Source: an uncultured delta proteobacterium (GTDB taxonomy: Bacteria > Desulfobacterota > BSN033 > UBA1163). Taken from it: a DNA stretch of 64,000 nt. A program made the position numbers and the translations under genes. The notes below the pieces were generated by a model that saw nothing but the letters and a program-made list of their open reading frames with translations, had not been told where the DNA came from and did no database searches. Location of the stretch: positions 352,001-416,000 of the forward strand of contig CAVPSJ010000017.1 of NCBI GenBank assembly GCA_963708295.1, given 5' to 3'. Shown here piece after piece: positions 28,502 to 38,554 of this stretch. Every line of letters begins with the position of its first letter. Positions within the stretch are counted from its first letter, which is position 1.

Positions 28502-29524
28502 ATGAGTAAGTATTCGCTGACACTTCTGGCGTTTGTTTTCTTCGTTCTGGCGGTGGGGCTATCCTGGACCGGAACGTTGAGTTCATATACTCAATTGATT
28601 CTCATGTTCGTCGGCGTCAATATCATGCTGTCCTCGAGTCTGAACCTCGTCAATGGATACATGGGAGAGTTTTCCTGCGGACATGCGGGGTTCATGGCGG
28701 TAGGGGCCTACTCGACTTCACTCCTCACCGTCTGGTTCTTCACATCGGGTTCGGTCTTTGGTCCTAACCTTCTCCCTCCCGCGTGGGCCGCCTTGCTATT
28801 CCCTCTCATCCTCCTCTTCGGAGGAATCATGGCAGCCTTGGTGGGTCTCCTGGTGGCTTTCCCCTCTTTCCGGACCCGTGGGGATTACCTGGCCATCATC
28901 ACCTTGGCGGTGAACTACATCGTCAAATCCGCCATTGAGAACATTCAGCCCATCGGGGGAGCCCGGGGCTTCATGGGGATGGGTCGGGTAGTGAACGGGA
29001 TGAAAGAGGTGGCGGATATTCCCTGGATGATGATCTGGACATGGGTCTTTGCTTTTCTGACCATTTTGCTCATCAAGCGGTTTGTCTCCTCCACCTACGG
29101 GAAGGGAATTATTGCGATTCGTGACGACGAGATCGCTGCAGAGATTATGGGCGTGAATACTCGAAGGGCAAAGATGGTGGCCTTCATGCTCTCTTCTGGG
29201 CTCGCGGGGTTTGCAGGAGGACTCTTTGCCCACATCCTCGGTTACATCAACCCGGGCAGCTTCGGGATTATGAAATCGACCGAAGCCCTTGTGATGGTCT
29301 ATTTAGGAGGGATGGGTTCCTTGAGCGGATCCGTGCTCAGCGCAGTCGTCTTCACCCTCCTCCTTGAAGTCCTGAGGCCTTTGCAACTTTACAAATGGGT
29401 GGTGGTGCCGTTGATCTTGATCCTCCTGATGCTCTTCCGGACCGAAGGACTCTTGGGCCATCGAGAGCTCACCGATGTTTTCCCGCGTCTGAAACGCATT
29501 TTTCGATCAGAGGCCGTGTCGTGA
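28502..29524 (+). CDS. livM: Branched-chain amino acid ABC permease
   Basis: SLNLVNGYMGEFSCGHAGFMAVGAY, RGDYLAIITL, AIRDDEIAA. Confidence 0.93.
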   Translation: MSKYSLTLLAFVFFVLAVGLSWTGTLSSYTQLILMFVGVNIMLSSSLNLVNGYMGEFSCGHAGFMAVGAYSTSLLTVWFFTSGSVFGPNLLPPAWAALLFPLILLFGGIMAALVGLLVAFPSFRTRGDYLAIITLAVNYIVKSAIENIQPIGGARGFMGMGRVVNGMKEVADIPWMMIWTWVFAFLTILLIKRFVSSTYGKGIIAIRDDEIAAEIMGVNTRRAKMVAFMLSSGLAGFAGGLFAHILGYINPGSFGIMKSTEALVMVYLGGMGSLSGSVLSAVVFTLLLEVLRPLQLYKWVVVPLILILLMLFRTEGLLGHRELTDVFPRLKRIFRSEAVS

Positions 29525-29555
29525 TTGAGCGGAAGTCTCTCAAAAGAGGAGGTCC

Positions 29556-30323
29556 ATGGCGCTCTTTGAGGTACGCGGACTCACCCATTTTTTTGGAGGG
29601 CTGAGAGCCGTTTCTAATTTTAACTTGACCTTTGAGGGTGGAGAACTGATGGGGTTGATCGGCCCCAACGGAGCCGGCAAAACCACGATCTTCAACCTGG
29701 TGTGCGGAGTCTACCACCCGACCCACGGGGAAGTAAGGATTGACGGGCGAAGTCTTACGCGACTCTTCCCTCATCAGGTGACAGCCCTGGGGATCGCCAG
29801 GACATTTCAAAACATCCGTCTCTGGCCTGAAATGACAGTCCTGGATAACATCCGGGTTGCCCACAACACCAAATTGAGCTATGGATTTCTCGATACGATC
29901 TTTCAGACCTCCAGGTACCGCAGAGAAGAAAAAGGGATTGATCGAAGATCTGGAGAGGTCCTTGAAATTATGGGACTCCGGGATTATGCCCGAGAACTGG
30001 CCAAGAACCTTCCTTATGGCCTCCAGCGCAAAGTGGAAATTGCTCGGGCTCTTGTCATACGCCCCAAGCTGCTCCTTCTGGATGAACCGTCTGCCGGCAT
30101 GAACCTCGGCGAAAAAGAGGCTTTGATCGGGCTCATCCGCTGGATCCGTAAAGAGTTCAACCTTACCCTCTGGCTTATCGAGCACGAGATGAGAGTGGTG
30201 ATGAACCTCTGTGAGAAGATTCAAGTATTAGATTTCGGAGAGACGATCGCCTCCGGAAGGCCGGATGAAATCCAGAGCAACCCTCGCGTGGTGGAGGCTT
30301 ACCTCGGAAAAGAGATCGACTGA
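29556..30323 (+). CDS. livG: Branched-chain amino acid ABC ATP-binding protein
   Basis: GPNGAGKTT, ARTFQNIRL, LPYG.QR..EIARAL, LDEPSAG. Confidence 0.93.
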   Translation: MALFEVRGLTHFFGGLRAVSNFNLTFEGGELMGLIGPNGAGKTTIFNLVCGVYHPTHGEVRIDGRSLTRLFPHQVTALGIARTFQNIRLWPEMTVLDNIRVAHNTKLSYGFLDTIFQTSRYRREEKGIDRRSGEVLEIMGLRDYARELAKNLPYGLQRKVEIARALVIRPKLLLLDEPSAGMNLGEKEALIGLIRWIRKEFNLTLWLIEHEMRVVMNLCEKIQVLDFGETIASGRPDEIQSNPRVVEAYLGKEID

Positions 30324-31048
30324 TGCTTCTGTCCGTTGAAGATCTACACGTGGGCTATGGCGCGATTGAGGCCCTTCACGGGATCACCTTTGAGGTGGAG
30401 AAAGGGGAAATCGTTACCCTGATCGGCGCCAATGGTGCCGGGAAATCCACAACCCTGATGAGCCTCATGCGCCTTCCGCCACCGGAAGCCCCGACCTATC
30501 GTTCAGGGAAGATGATCTTTGAGGGACAAGATCTCACACCGTTTTCGCCTCATCACGTCGTGAGCCGCTTGGGGATCTCCCTGGTGCCGGAGGGAAGAAG
30601 GATCTTCGGGAATCTGACGGTCTGGGAGAATTTGAAGATTGCGGCGTATGCTCATGAGGATCACCAAGAGATTCAGCGGAAAGCCAAGTGGATCTTTGGC
30701 CTCTTTCAACGGCTGGAGGAGCGCCGCCATCAGATGGCGGATACCCTGAGTGGCGGGGAACAGCAAATGCTCGCCGTGGCTCGTGCCATGATGACCGGAG
30801 GGAGGATGATGCTTCTGGATGAGCCCTCCATGGGACTCGCTCCTTTCTTGATGTACGAACTCTTCCACGTCTTGAGGGAGATCAATCTGCAGGGAACCAC
30901 CATCCTGCTCGTGGAGCAAAACGCCCGCATCGCCCTTAAATATGCCCACCGGGGCTATGTTTTGGAGACGGGCAACATCATGTTGGAGGGAAATGCAAAG
31001 GATCTAGCACAGAACGAGGAAGTCAAAAAGGCTTATCTGGGAGAGTGA
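30323..31048 (+). CDS. livF: Branched-chain amino acid ABC ATP-binding protein
   Basis: GANGAGKST, VPEGRRIF, LSGGEQQMLA, LDEPSMGLAP, LVEQNA. Confidence 0.93.
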   Translation: MLLSVEDLHVGYGAIEALHGITFEVEKGEIVTLIGANGAGKSTTLMSLMRLPPPEAPTYRSGKMIFEGQDLTPFSPHHVVSRLGISLVPEGRRIFGNLTVWENLKIAAYAHEDHQEIQRKAKWIFGLFQRLEERRHQMADTLSGGEQQMLAVARAMMTGGRMMLLDEPSMGLAPFLMYELFHVLREINLQGTTILLVEQNARIALKYAHRGYVLETGNIMLEGNAKDLAQNEEVKKAYLGE

Positions 31049-31058
31049 AGTTCACTGG

Positions 31059-31399
31059 CAGGTTGCTGAAAAATGGCCATCTGCGGCGTTATCCGGTCCC
31101 CTTCGGGGACGTGGCAAGAAATCGCTCCTTATTCGTCGCGACGCCGTCCGGCCATCTCACAAACTCGATGGCGTGACAAAAAGTTGTGACTTATTCGTCA
31201 CAACGTCACCCCCTCATCCTCGCCCTGTTAGATGAAGAGGGCTAGTTCTTAGAAAGAAGCGCGCATATATTCTGGGACTTGATAAATGGGAAACTCGACC
31301 AGGGTATTATCTAACGGGGCAAGCACCGTAGGGACGCATATATGCGTCCCCTACAAAGGATTTCGGGGCCTTGCCTCTGGCCCTTTTTGAAGCAACCTG
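31059..31399. mobile_element. Modular MITE, family B, copy 1
   Basis: TIRs CAGGTTGCTGAAAAA...TTTTTGAAGCAACCTG; internal TCGCTCCTTATTCGTCGCGACGCC and GTAGGG..CCCTAC REP shared with the reverse complement of 56189-56421. Confidence 0.8.
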
Positions 31400-31612
31400 G
31401 AAGGTGATTTTTTTCCCGGTGTAGCAACTCGTAACTAAATTCCACAAGTTACCGGGTTCATGTTGGGCACAGGTAGATTTCTTTTGGATTGATCCTGCAA
31501 GATGCTTCGTACACCATTCGGATTTTGGATTTTTCCAGAACATCTGTAATAATATGGTTTGAACGCTGGTAGGATTCCCGAAAAGGACCCGAGGTTGGAG
31601 AGGAGCGATGCA

Positions 31613-31999
31613 ATGAAGTTCCCTGAAAAGTTGCTTTACACGGATACGCATGAATGGGTGAGAAATGAAGGAAACCGGGTAACGGTTGGATTGACAGATT
31701 ATGCTCAAAGTCAACTCAAGGATATCGTTTATGTGGAGCTTCCCGAGATAGGATCCGGGTTCAAGAAAGGGGAAACCATTGGCGTGGTGGAGTCGGTGAA
31801 GACTGCGGCCGATCTCTTCTCTCCGGTGACCGGCAAAGTGACAGAAACAAACGCTACCCTTAAGGATAGCCCTCAATTCATCAATGAAGATCCTTATGGA
31901 AAGGGATGGATTCTGAAGATGGATCTCCGGGACAGAGAAGAGTTAAAAAGACTTCTAACGTCCGAAACGTATCAAGGGTCTTTGCCTAAGGAAGAATAG
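31613..31999 (+). CDS. gcvH: Glycine cleavage system H protein
   Basis: YTDTHEW, GLTDYAQ, VESVK (lipoyl Lys), INEDPYGKGW. Confidence 0.96.
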   Translation: MKFPEKLLYTDTHEWVRNEGNRVTVGLTDYAQSQLKDIVYVELPEIGSGFKKGETIGVVESVKTAADLFSPVTGKVTETNATLKDSPQFINEDPYGKGWILKMDLRDREELKRLLTSETYQGSLPKEE

Positions 32000-33349
32000 A
32001 TGAAGGATTTCACACGTTATATTCCTCATACCGAAGAGGATGTTCAGGCCATGCTCGAATTTGTGGGCGCGAAGAAGATAGAAGACCTTTTCGGGATGAT
32101 TCCTGAGGAATGCAGACTTGCCAAACCCTTAGACCTCCCTGAGCCTTTCTCGGAGCCCGACCTCGTCCGCCATCTTCAAGGGCTTCAGTCAACGGCCTAT
32201 AGTAGTTTCCTCGGCGCAGGTGCCTCTCATCATTTTATTCCTTCCGTCATTTGGGCTCTGATCTCCCGGTCCGAATTTTACACAGCCTATACTCCTTATC
32301 AACCGGAGATCAGTCAGGGAACATTGCAGGCGGTCTTTGAGTATCAAACATTGATGTGTCAATTGACGGGCATGGAGGTTTCGAATGCCTCGATGTATGA
32401 TGGCGCCTCCAGTTTAGCAGAGGCAGTAGGGATGGCCGGTCGAGTGACAAAACGGAAGAAAATTCTGCTATCAGAGACGGTTCATCCGGAATATCGGAAA
32501 GTCATCCAGACCTATCTCGATCCTGATCAAGAGGAAATTATTTTGATCCCGTACGAGAAAGAGGAGGGTCGGACGGATGAAAGAAAATTGTTGGATCGTC
32601 TCGACGGGAAAGTGAGTAGCGTGGTCATTCAAAACCCCAACTTTTTGGGTGTGATCGAAGATCTCCATGGCATGACGGATAAGGTTCATGAGGCCGGAGG
32701 CTTGATGATCGTCGGTTTCACGGAAGCCGTCGCTCACGGGATTCTGAAACCTCCCGGAGAGGAAGGGGCGGATATTGTCGCAGGGGAAGGTCAGAGTTTT
32801 GGCATTCCCCTCTCATACGGCGGCCCTTATCTTGGGATCTTCACCACCCGGGAGAAGTTCGTCAGAAATATGCCCGGACGGTTGGTGGGGGAAACCGTTG
32901 ACCTGGAAGGAAAGCGTGGTTTTGTCCTGACCCTTGCGACAAGGGAACAGCACATTCGGAGAGAAAAGGCCACTTCCAATATCTGTACGAATGAAGGACT
33001 CTGCGCCCTCATGGCGACCATCTTTCTCTCCTGCCTTGGGAAGCAGGGCCTGAGAGAGCTGGCCCTGATGAATCTGAGCAAGGCAGAATACGCCAAGAAG
33101 ATAGCCTCTCAGATCGATCGTTGTCACCTCGTTTTCTCCTCTCCCACATTTAACGAATTCGTGTTGAAGATTCCAGGGGAGCCGGAAAGGGTTTTGGAGA
33201 AGCTGAAAGGGAAAAGGATTTTGGGTGGAATTCCCTTGGGAAGGTTTTACCCTGAGATGAATCATCATCTTCTCGTCACCGTTACGGAGATGAACACCCG
33301 GGAAGAGATCGACCGTTGGGCAGAAGTGTTGGAGAAGGCACTGAAATGA
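32000..33349 (+). CDS. gcvPA: Glycine dehydrogenase subunit 1
   Basis: YIPHT, RSEFYTAYTPYQPEISQG, NASMYDG, TREQHIRREKATSNIC. Confidence 0.96.
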   Translation: MKDFTRYIPHTEEDVQAMLEFVGAKKIEDLFGMIPEECRLAKPLDLPEPFSEPDLVRHLQGLQSTAYSSFLGAGASHHFIPSVIWALISRSEFYTAYTPYQPEISQGTLQAVFEYQTLMCQLTGMEVSNASMYDGASSLAEAVGMAGRVTKRKKILLSETVHPEYRKVIQTYLDPDQEEIILIPYEKEEGRTDERKLLDRLDGKVSSVVIQNPNFLGVIEDLHGMTDKVHEAGGLMIVGFTEAVAHGILKPPGEEGADIVAGEGQSFGIPLSYGGPYLGIFTTREKFVRNMPGRLVGETVDLEGKRGFVLTLATREQHIRREKATSNICTNEGLCALMATIFLSCLGKQGLRELALMNLSKAEYAKKIASQIDRCHLVFSSPTFNEFVLKIPGEPERVLEKLKGKRILGGIPLGRFYPEMNHHLLVTVTEMNTREEIDRWAEVLEKALK

Positions 33350-33375
33350 GCAATATCTAAGTCTGAGGACCGGAT

Positions 33376-33554
33376 TTACTAATGAGGCCATAATTGAGAA
33401 GACATAATTATACCGCTCCGGAAAATCCCCATCCCCTTCCTAACCTCCCCCTTGAAGGGGGAGGAACATAAGGATTCCCCCTCCCCTTCAGGGGGAGGGG
33501 AAGGGTGGGGGTGGGGTCAATCAGATGTCTATTCAATTATAGGCCGATTAATAA
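33376..33554. mobile_element. MITE, family A, copy 2
   Basis: Ends TTACTAATGAGGCCATAATT...AATTATAGGCCGATTAATAA; internal CCTCCCCCTTGAAGGGGGAGG-type hairpins. Confidence 0.75.
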
Positions 33555-33565
33555 GCATTAAGACG

Positions 33566-34288
33566 ATGGATGACAAAGGATACATCATCGACCTGGGCCT
33601 GATGGAATATCAAAAGGCCTGGAATCTTCAACACCTGCTCTGGTCCAGGCGGGTGGAAGGGAAGTTGCCGGATGTCTTGCTCATCCTCGAACATCCTCCT
33701 GTCATCACCCTGGGAAGGCGTGGAAACCGAAGCCACCTGAAGGTTTCTCCGGAGATTCTGGAGGAGTTGAGGATTTCCGTGTTCCATGTAGAGAGGGGCG
33801 GGGATATTACTTACCATGGTCCTGGACAAATGGTGGTCTATCCCATCCTTGACTTAAAGGACTATGGATATCGTCTTATTCGGTACGTTGATCAGCTGGA
33901 AGAAATGATTCTCCACGTCTTAAGAGATTTCGGGATCGAAGGAGAGAAAGATTCTCGTAATCGTGGCATCTGGGCGAAGGGCAACAAGATAGCCTCCATC
34001 GGTGTGGCGATCAAACGGTGGGTCTCATTTCACGGAGTTGCATTAAACTATGAGACGGATCTGAAATACTTCGACCTGATAGATCCCTGCGGCCTGGTGG
34101 GGGAAAAGATGACCTCCATGGCAAAGATCCTCGGAAAGGAGATTTCCCGCAAGGAGTTAGAGGAGAGGATCCTTTTCCACTTTAAAGAGGTCTTCAAGAG
34201 AGACTGGGAGAAAAAGGATTTGGAAGAGCTGAAGGCAGACAGCCTGGGGCCGATTGAAGGGACGGTCCCAATTCCAAGCGCCCCATAG
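33566..34288 (+). CDS. lipB: Lipoyl(octanoyl) transferase
   Basis: LEHPPVITLG, RGGDITYHGPGQ, KIASIG, HG.ALN, I.PCG; the listed upstream start lies in the MITE. Confidence 0.95.
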   Translation: MDDKGYIIDLGLMEYQKAWNLQHLLWSRRVEGKLPDVLLILEHPPVITLGRRGNRSHLKVSPEILEELRISVFHVERGGDITYHGPGQMVVYPILDLKDYGYRLIRYVDQLEEMILHVLRDFGIEGEKDSRNRGIWAKGNKIASIGVAIKRWVSFHGVALNYETDLKYFDLIDPCGLVGEKMTSMAKILGKEISRKELEERILFHFKEVFKRDWEKKDLEELKADSLGPIEGTVPIPSAP

Positions 34289-34294
34289 ATTTCG

Positions 34295-35167
34295 ATGATC
34301 AAAATTGAAAACAAATCTAAACCCCCCTGGCTGAAGAAGCGGCTTCCGCCTTTTGAAGATCTTGTGAAAGTGAAGTCGATCTTGGATTCGGCACAGCTGC
34401 ACACCGTCTGTGAAGAGGCCCGCTGTCCGAACCTTGGGGAATGTTTTTCCAAAGGGACAGCGACGCTCCTCATTCTGGGAAGAATCTGCACGAGGAATTG
34501 TGGCTTCTGTGCTGTGGCGCACGGGGTGTCGACTCCTCTGGATGAAGAGGAACCCAAAAAGGTGGCCCAGGCTGTCATAAAGATGGGTCTTCAATATGTC
34601 GTCATTACCTCGGTGACCCGGGATGATCTTCCGGATGGAGGAGCTTCGCATTTTGCCAAAACCATTCAAGCCATCCGAGCGCTGGATCGAGGGATAAAGA
34701 TTGAAGTGTTAATTCCAGATTTCAAAGGGGACCTCTCCTCCCTGGTCACCGTTCTAAAAGAAGATCCGGACGTTCTGAATCACAACATTGAAACGATTCC
34801 TCGACTCTACCAGGAGGTTCGACCCCGGGCGGACTATAGGAGATCGCTCGATCTGCTTAAGAGAGCGAAGGAGAAGGATCCTCGGGCTGTTACCAAATCA
34901 GGGTTTATGCTCGGGTTGGGAGAGACGGAGAAAGAGGTGTATTCATTGCTTCAGGATCTGAGCGAGGTAGGATGTGATTTTCTAACGATCGGTCAATATC
35001 TTCAGCCCCGCCCGGATCGATTGCCAGTGGTACGATATATTCCTCCTGAGGAATTTGAAGGGTATAAAAAGATAGGGGAAGAAATGGGTTTCAAGTCTGT
35101 GGCTTCCGGCCCTTTCGTCCGAAGCTCCTTCCACGCTGCTCAAATGTTCGAGAACAAGGCAATCTAA
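34295..35167 (+). CDS. lipA: Lipoyl synthase
   Basis: CEEARCPNLGEC and CTRNCGFC clusters, TSVTRDDL.DGG, GQYLQP, VRSS. Confidence 0.97.
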   Translation: MIKIENKSKPPWLKKRLPPFEDLVKVKSILDSAQLHTVCEEARCPNLGECFSKGTATLLILGRICTRNCGFCAVAHGVSTPLDEEEPKKVAQAVIKMGLQYVVITSVTRDDLPDGGASHFAKTIQAIRALDRGIKIEVLIPDFKGDLSSLVTVLKEDPDVLNHNIETIPRLYQEVRPRADYRRSLDLLKRAKEKDPRAVTKSGFMLGLGETEKEVYSLLQDLSEVGCDFLTIGQYLQPRPDRLPVVRYIPPEEFEGYKKIGEEMGFKSVASGPFVRSSFHAAQMFENKAI

Positions 35168-35175
35168 TGAGATTT

Positions 35176-35327
35176 TTATTAATCGGTCCATCATTGTCTG
35201 GAAACAGAAGGCTAAATCCCTCCTCGCCTCCCTTTACAAAAGGAAGGAATTACCCCTCTTTGGCAAAAGAGGGGCGAGGGGAGATTTTATGAAGCATATG
35301 TCTCCTTTATTATGGACTCCTTAGTAA
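35176..35327. mobile_element. MITE, family A, copy 3 (inverted relative to copy 2)
   Basis: Ends TTATTAATCGGTCCATCATT...ATTATGGACTCCTTAGTAA match the reverse complements of the copy 2 ends; core shared with 7956-7993. Confidence 0.78.
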
Positions 35328-35385
35328 CTTGTCCGATTTGATTTTCCAGGAGAACCTCGCTAAAATTTTTTGCGACAATGCTATT

Positions 35386-35411
35386 ATGGTATATACTAGA
35401 AGTAATACCAT
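35386..35411. promoter_or_regulatory. Palindromic operator upstream of the TA pair
   Basis: ATGGTAT-A-TACT-AGA-AGTA-ATACCAT. Confidence 0.6.
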
Positions 35412-35429
35412 TAAGGGAGGTGGGTATTT

Positions 35430-35684
35430 ATGTCTAAGAATCTTTCTCTTAAACTTCAAGACGATATCTTTGAGGAGACCGAACGGGTTTTAAGGAAAGT
35501 GAAACGCCCTCGAAATGCCTATATTAATGAAGCCATTCATTTCTATAACAAGCTTTTCGCCCGTAAGATACTTAAAGACCAATTGCTCAAGGAATCACCA
35601 TTGGTGGCGAGAGATTCTATGACGGTGTTGAAAGAATTTGAAAAATTTGAAGAAAGTCTACCTGGAGAGACGGATGGAAATTAG
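35430..35684 (+). CDS. Putative antitoxin (RHH-like)
   Basis: 84 aa, MSKNLSLKL...RNAYINEAI..Y, acidic C-terminus, overlaps the toxin start. Confidence 0.75.
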   Translation: MSKNLSLKLQDDIFEETERVLRKVKRPRNAYINEAIHFYNKLFARKILKDQLLKESPLVARDSMTVLKEFEKFEESLPGETDGN

Positions 35685-36012
35685 AAAGTGGAGTGTCTAT
35701 CTGGCTGATTTAAATCCAAGGTTTGGAACAGAGCCTGGAAAAACGAGACCGGTCGTCGTCGTTCAGACTGACCTCCTCAACAATCAACATCCTTCTACGA
35801 TTGTTTGTCCTTTGACAACCTATATCCATCCCGAATCCAATATTCTTCGGGTCCATCTTCGAATGGAGGAGGGAGGTCTTACAGAAAAATCAGATATTAT
35901 GGTGGACCAACTGAGGGCCATTGACAATCGTCGTCTTATTAAGAGATTGGGGATGATTGGGACGTCGAGCCAAAAGAAGCTGGCCGAAAATATTCGAATC
36001 ATCCTCGGCTGA
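35674..36012 (+). CDS. mazF: PemK/MazF-family toxin
   Basis: ADLNP..GTEPGKTRPVVVVQ, VCPLTT, DQLRAID..RL. Confidence 0.93.
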   Translation: MEIRKWSVYLADLNPRFGTEPGKTRPVVVVQTDLLNNQHPSTIVCPLTTYIHPESNILRVHLRMEEGGLTEKSDIMVDQLRAIDNRRLIKRLGMIGTSSQKKLAENIRIILG

Positions 36013-36079
36013 ACGTTTTGTCAAACATTCTTCTTTCTCAGAACACGGACAAATGCGCGGGACCACGGAGTGAAAGAGA

Positions 36080-37011
36080 ATGAATAAGAGAAAGCATCAT
36101 GCAATTGGAATATTCTGTTTACTCATTATTCTACGTTATGGAGCGGCTCCTGTACGCTCAAGGAAGTTCCGTCGGCTCAGCCTCCTCCGATTGTTCAACC
36201 TCCTGTCCAATCTCCCCCTAAGCCGGCGAAGATCGCTCTCGTTTTAGGCGCGGGTTCCTCAAAGGGGTTCGCTCATATCGGGGTCCTCAAGATCCTGGAA
36301 ACGAACAAAGTTCCAATCCATATGATCATCGGGACGAGTGTCGGCAGCGTGGTCGGAAGCCTTTATGCTTATGGTTATAATGCCTTTCAGCTTCAGAAAG
36401 TGTCCTTTTCGATAGAGAAAGGGGATATCGTGGATCTGATCATTCCGGACAACGGGTTCATCAAAGGGGAGAGACTCGAAGAGTTCATCAATAAGACCCT
36501 GAATCATACGCCGATGGAGAAATTGAAGATTCCTTTTTATGCGGTGGCGGCGGATGTCCAAAGTGGTCAGGAGGTTGTATTCGGCAGAGGGAACACCGGG
36601 CAGGCGGTGAGAGCGAGTTGTTCCATCCCTGGGGTATTTAGGCCGGTGAAAATTGGCGACCGAATGTACGTCGATGGAGGTGTCGTGAGCCCTGTGGCGG
36701 TGGATGCGGCAAAGAGATTCGGTGCGGACGTCGTCATCGCTGTGGATATCTCCAAGGATGCTGATCGTCCCAAACCGGAGAGTACCATAGAGACCATATT
36801 CCAATCCTTCAATATCATGTATTCGAAACTCGCGTTGATACAGGTGAATCAGGCTGACGTCGTGATTCGACCCAAAGTGGGTTATATCAGTTCAAGTGAT
36901 TTTTCAAAGAGGCACGAGGCCATTCTCGAGGGTGAAAAAGCAGCCATCGAGGCCCTTCCTCAAATCAGGGGGATCATTGGTCAACTTCAACAGGAGGGGA
37001 GATTGGAATAA
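36080..37011 (+). CDS. Patatin-like phospholipase, probable lipoprotein (frameshift in the signal region)
   Basis: Frame extends upstream of 36322 through SCTLKEVP...IALVLGAGSSKGFAHIGV; GTSVG nucleophile and DGG motifs; ATG 36080 is in another frame. Confidence 0.85.
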
Positions 37012-37121
37012 GAAACTCTCCCTGAGGCAGGCTTGGGATACATCGAGCGAAGCTGGGAACGAGCAACAATACCTCTTACCATCGGATTCAGCGAGGCCGG
37101 GCTCAATGAATCCTCGCTCTG

Positions 37122-38462
37122 TCAAATGTCAGGGTAGGCTCCGAATTGGCTCCATACCCGGTTTCGTCCATTTTGCTTGGCAACATAGAGGGCTTGGTCC
37201 GCACGGTCGAGCAGAGATTCCGGTGAGAGATGCTGATCGTCCAAGACGGCAATACCTAAACTGACGGTGACCGTTATCCGTCCAGCTTTGGTATTGAGAG
37301 TCTTCTCGGCGATGCTCTTCCTCAGACGTTCGCCGACCTGACAAGCGGCGGACAAAACAGTTTCAGGCAATATGGCAACGAACTCATCACCTCCGTAACG
37401 CCCGATGACATCAACCTCACGCAGCTCCTTCCGGCAGCATTCGGCGACCCCCTGTAATATTTGATCACCCATAGCATGTCCATAGGTATCGTTCACTCGC
37501 TTAAACTCGTCGATATCCACCATCATGACTGACAGAGGAAGCTGATAACGGCGGGCGCGCTGGAACTCACGGCCTGCCAACTCGAATAAATGACGGTGGT
37601 TGTATAAGCCCGTAAGAGAATCGGTAATGGCGAGTCGCTCCACTTCCTCCAGCGCATTTCTCAGCGCGGTTTCGCTCTGTTTCAAGTTCCTGAACAGAAG
37701 CTGATGAGGTTTCTCCAAGCCCATTTCGGTGATCGCTTTATAGATGAGGTAGAACGCGACAATTTTGAAGAAGTGCCCGATCAGGTTGGAAAAATCGTAC
37801 ACGCTGATGTAAAACGTAAAGGCCAATTCTGCGCCGATCGTCAGGACCAACGACGCGATCAACCAGCTCATCACCTTTCGGGTCGAAGGCTTCTCGTTTT
37901 CGAAACAATACAACCGCGGAGGCCACAAAGATCAGGGAGATGATGTATTCACTCACCTTCTTAAACGGGGTCAACCCTACGCCTTCCACAAAACAGGTAG
38001 GGAAGACACGAGCGAAAATTGCCCATAGTAAGAGGGAAGTGACTACGCCATAACCCAGAAATGTCAACTAGACATTCAGCTTTCGACGGAGAAACAGAGG
38101 GAAGATGAGCATCGAGAGGGCTTGGACATAGCGAGCAACGATCCAAAGCTGAGTCGAGAGGTCCGCATCGTAGCCTGGGAACACTCCCATCCCCTTGTAG
38201 GCGAGTGTATGGATCAGGTCCAGGCCGCTGACAAAGAGATAGGCAATCCCCAGAAACAAGAGGATAATCGTTGTCCAGGCGGCGCCGTGAGTTCCAGGCG
38301 AGAATGAAAATGCTGCAACCAATGACGATGCTGAATATCTCTGCCAGGCTGTGGAAAAGGATGTAGCTGTAAAGACCTGGTGAGGAACAACCCGAATAAA
38401 ATCGCCCCCTTGAAGACAAGAGGCACGCCTTTGAGGAAAGTCTCAAAGAGTTTATCCGTCAT
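37122..38462 (-). CDS. MASE3-domain diguanylate cyclase (split by several frameshifts)
   Basis: Fragments YILFHSLAEIFSI, DLIHTLAYKGMG, FKKVSEYIIS, NLIGHFFKI indicate MASE3; C-terminal TDSLTGLYN, DIDEFK..ND.YGH, REVD I-site, RYGGDEF. Confidence 0.88.
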
Positions 38463-38554
38463 CTGTGTTTTAGCCGCCCAACAACGAAGAGACAAAGCCC
38501 TTTTTTCTTTATATCGGATGTAAATATATGATCATGGGGGATCGAGGAAATGGA

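Noticed and set aside
31400-31612. Glycine riboswitch before gcvH (also checked before gcvT)
   Set aside because: No GGAGA..CCGAAG..CTCTCAGG aptamer pattern is visible
31307-31876. ORFs made from repeats (31307-31876, 56160-56666, 7708-8073, N-terminal extension of lipB)
   Set aside because: Translations of MITE/REP sequence or antisense overlap
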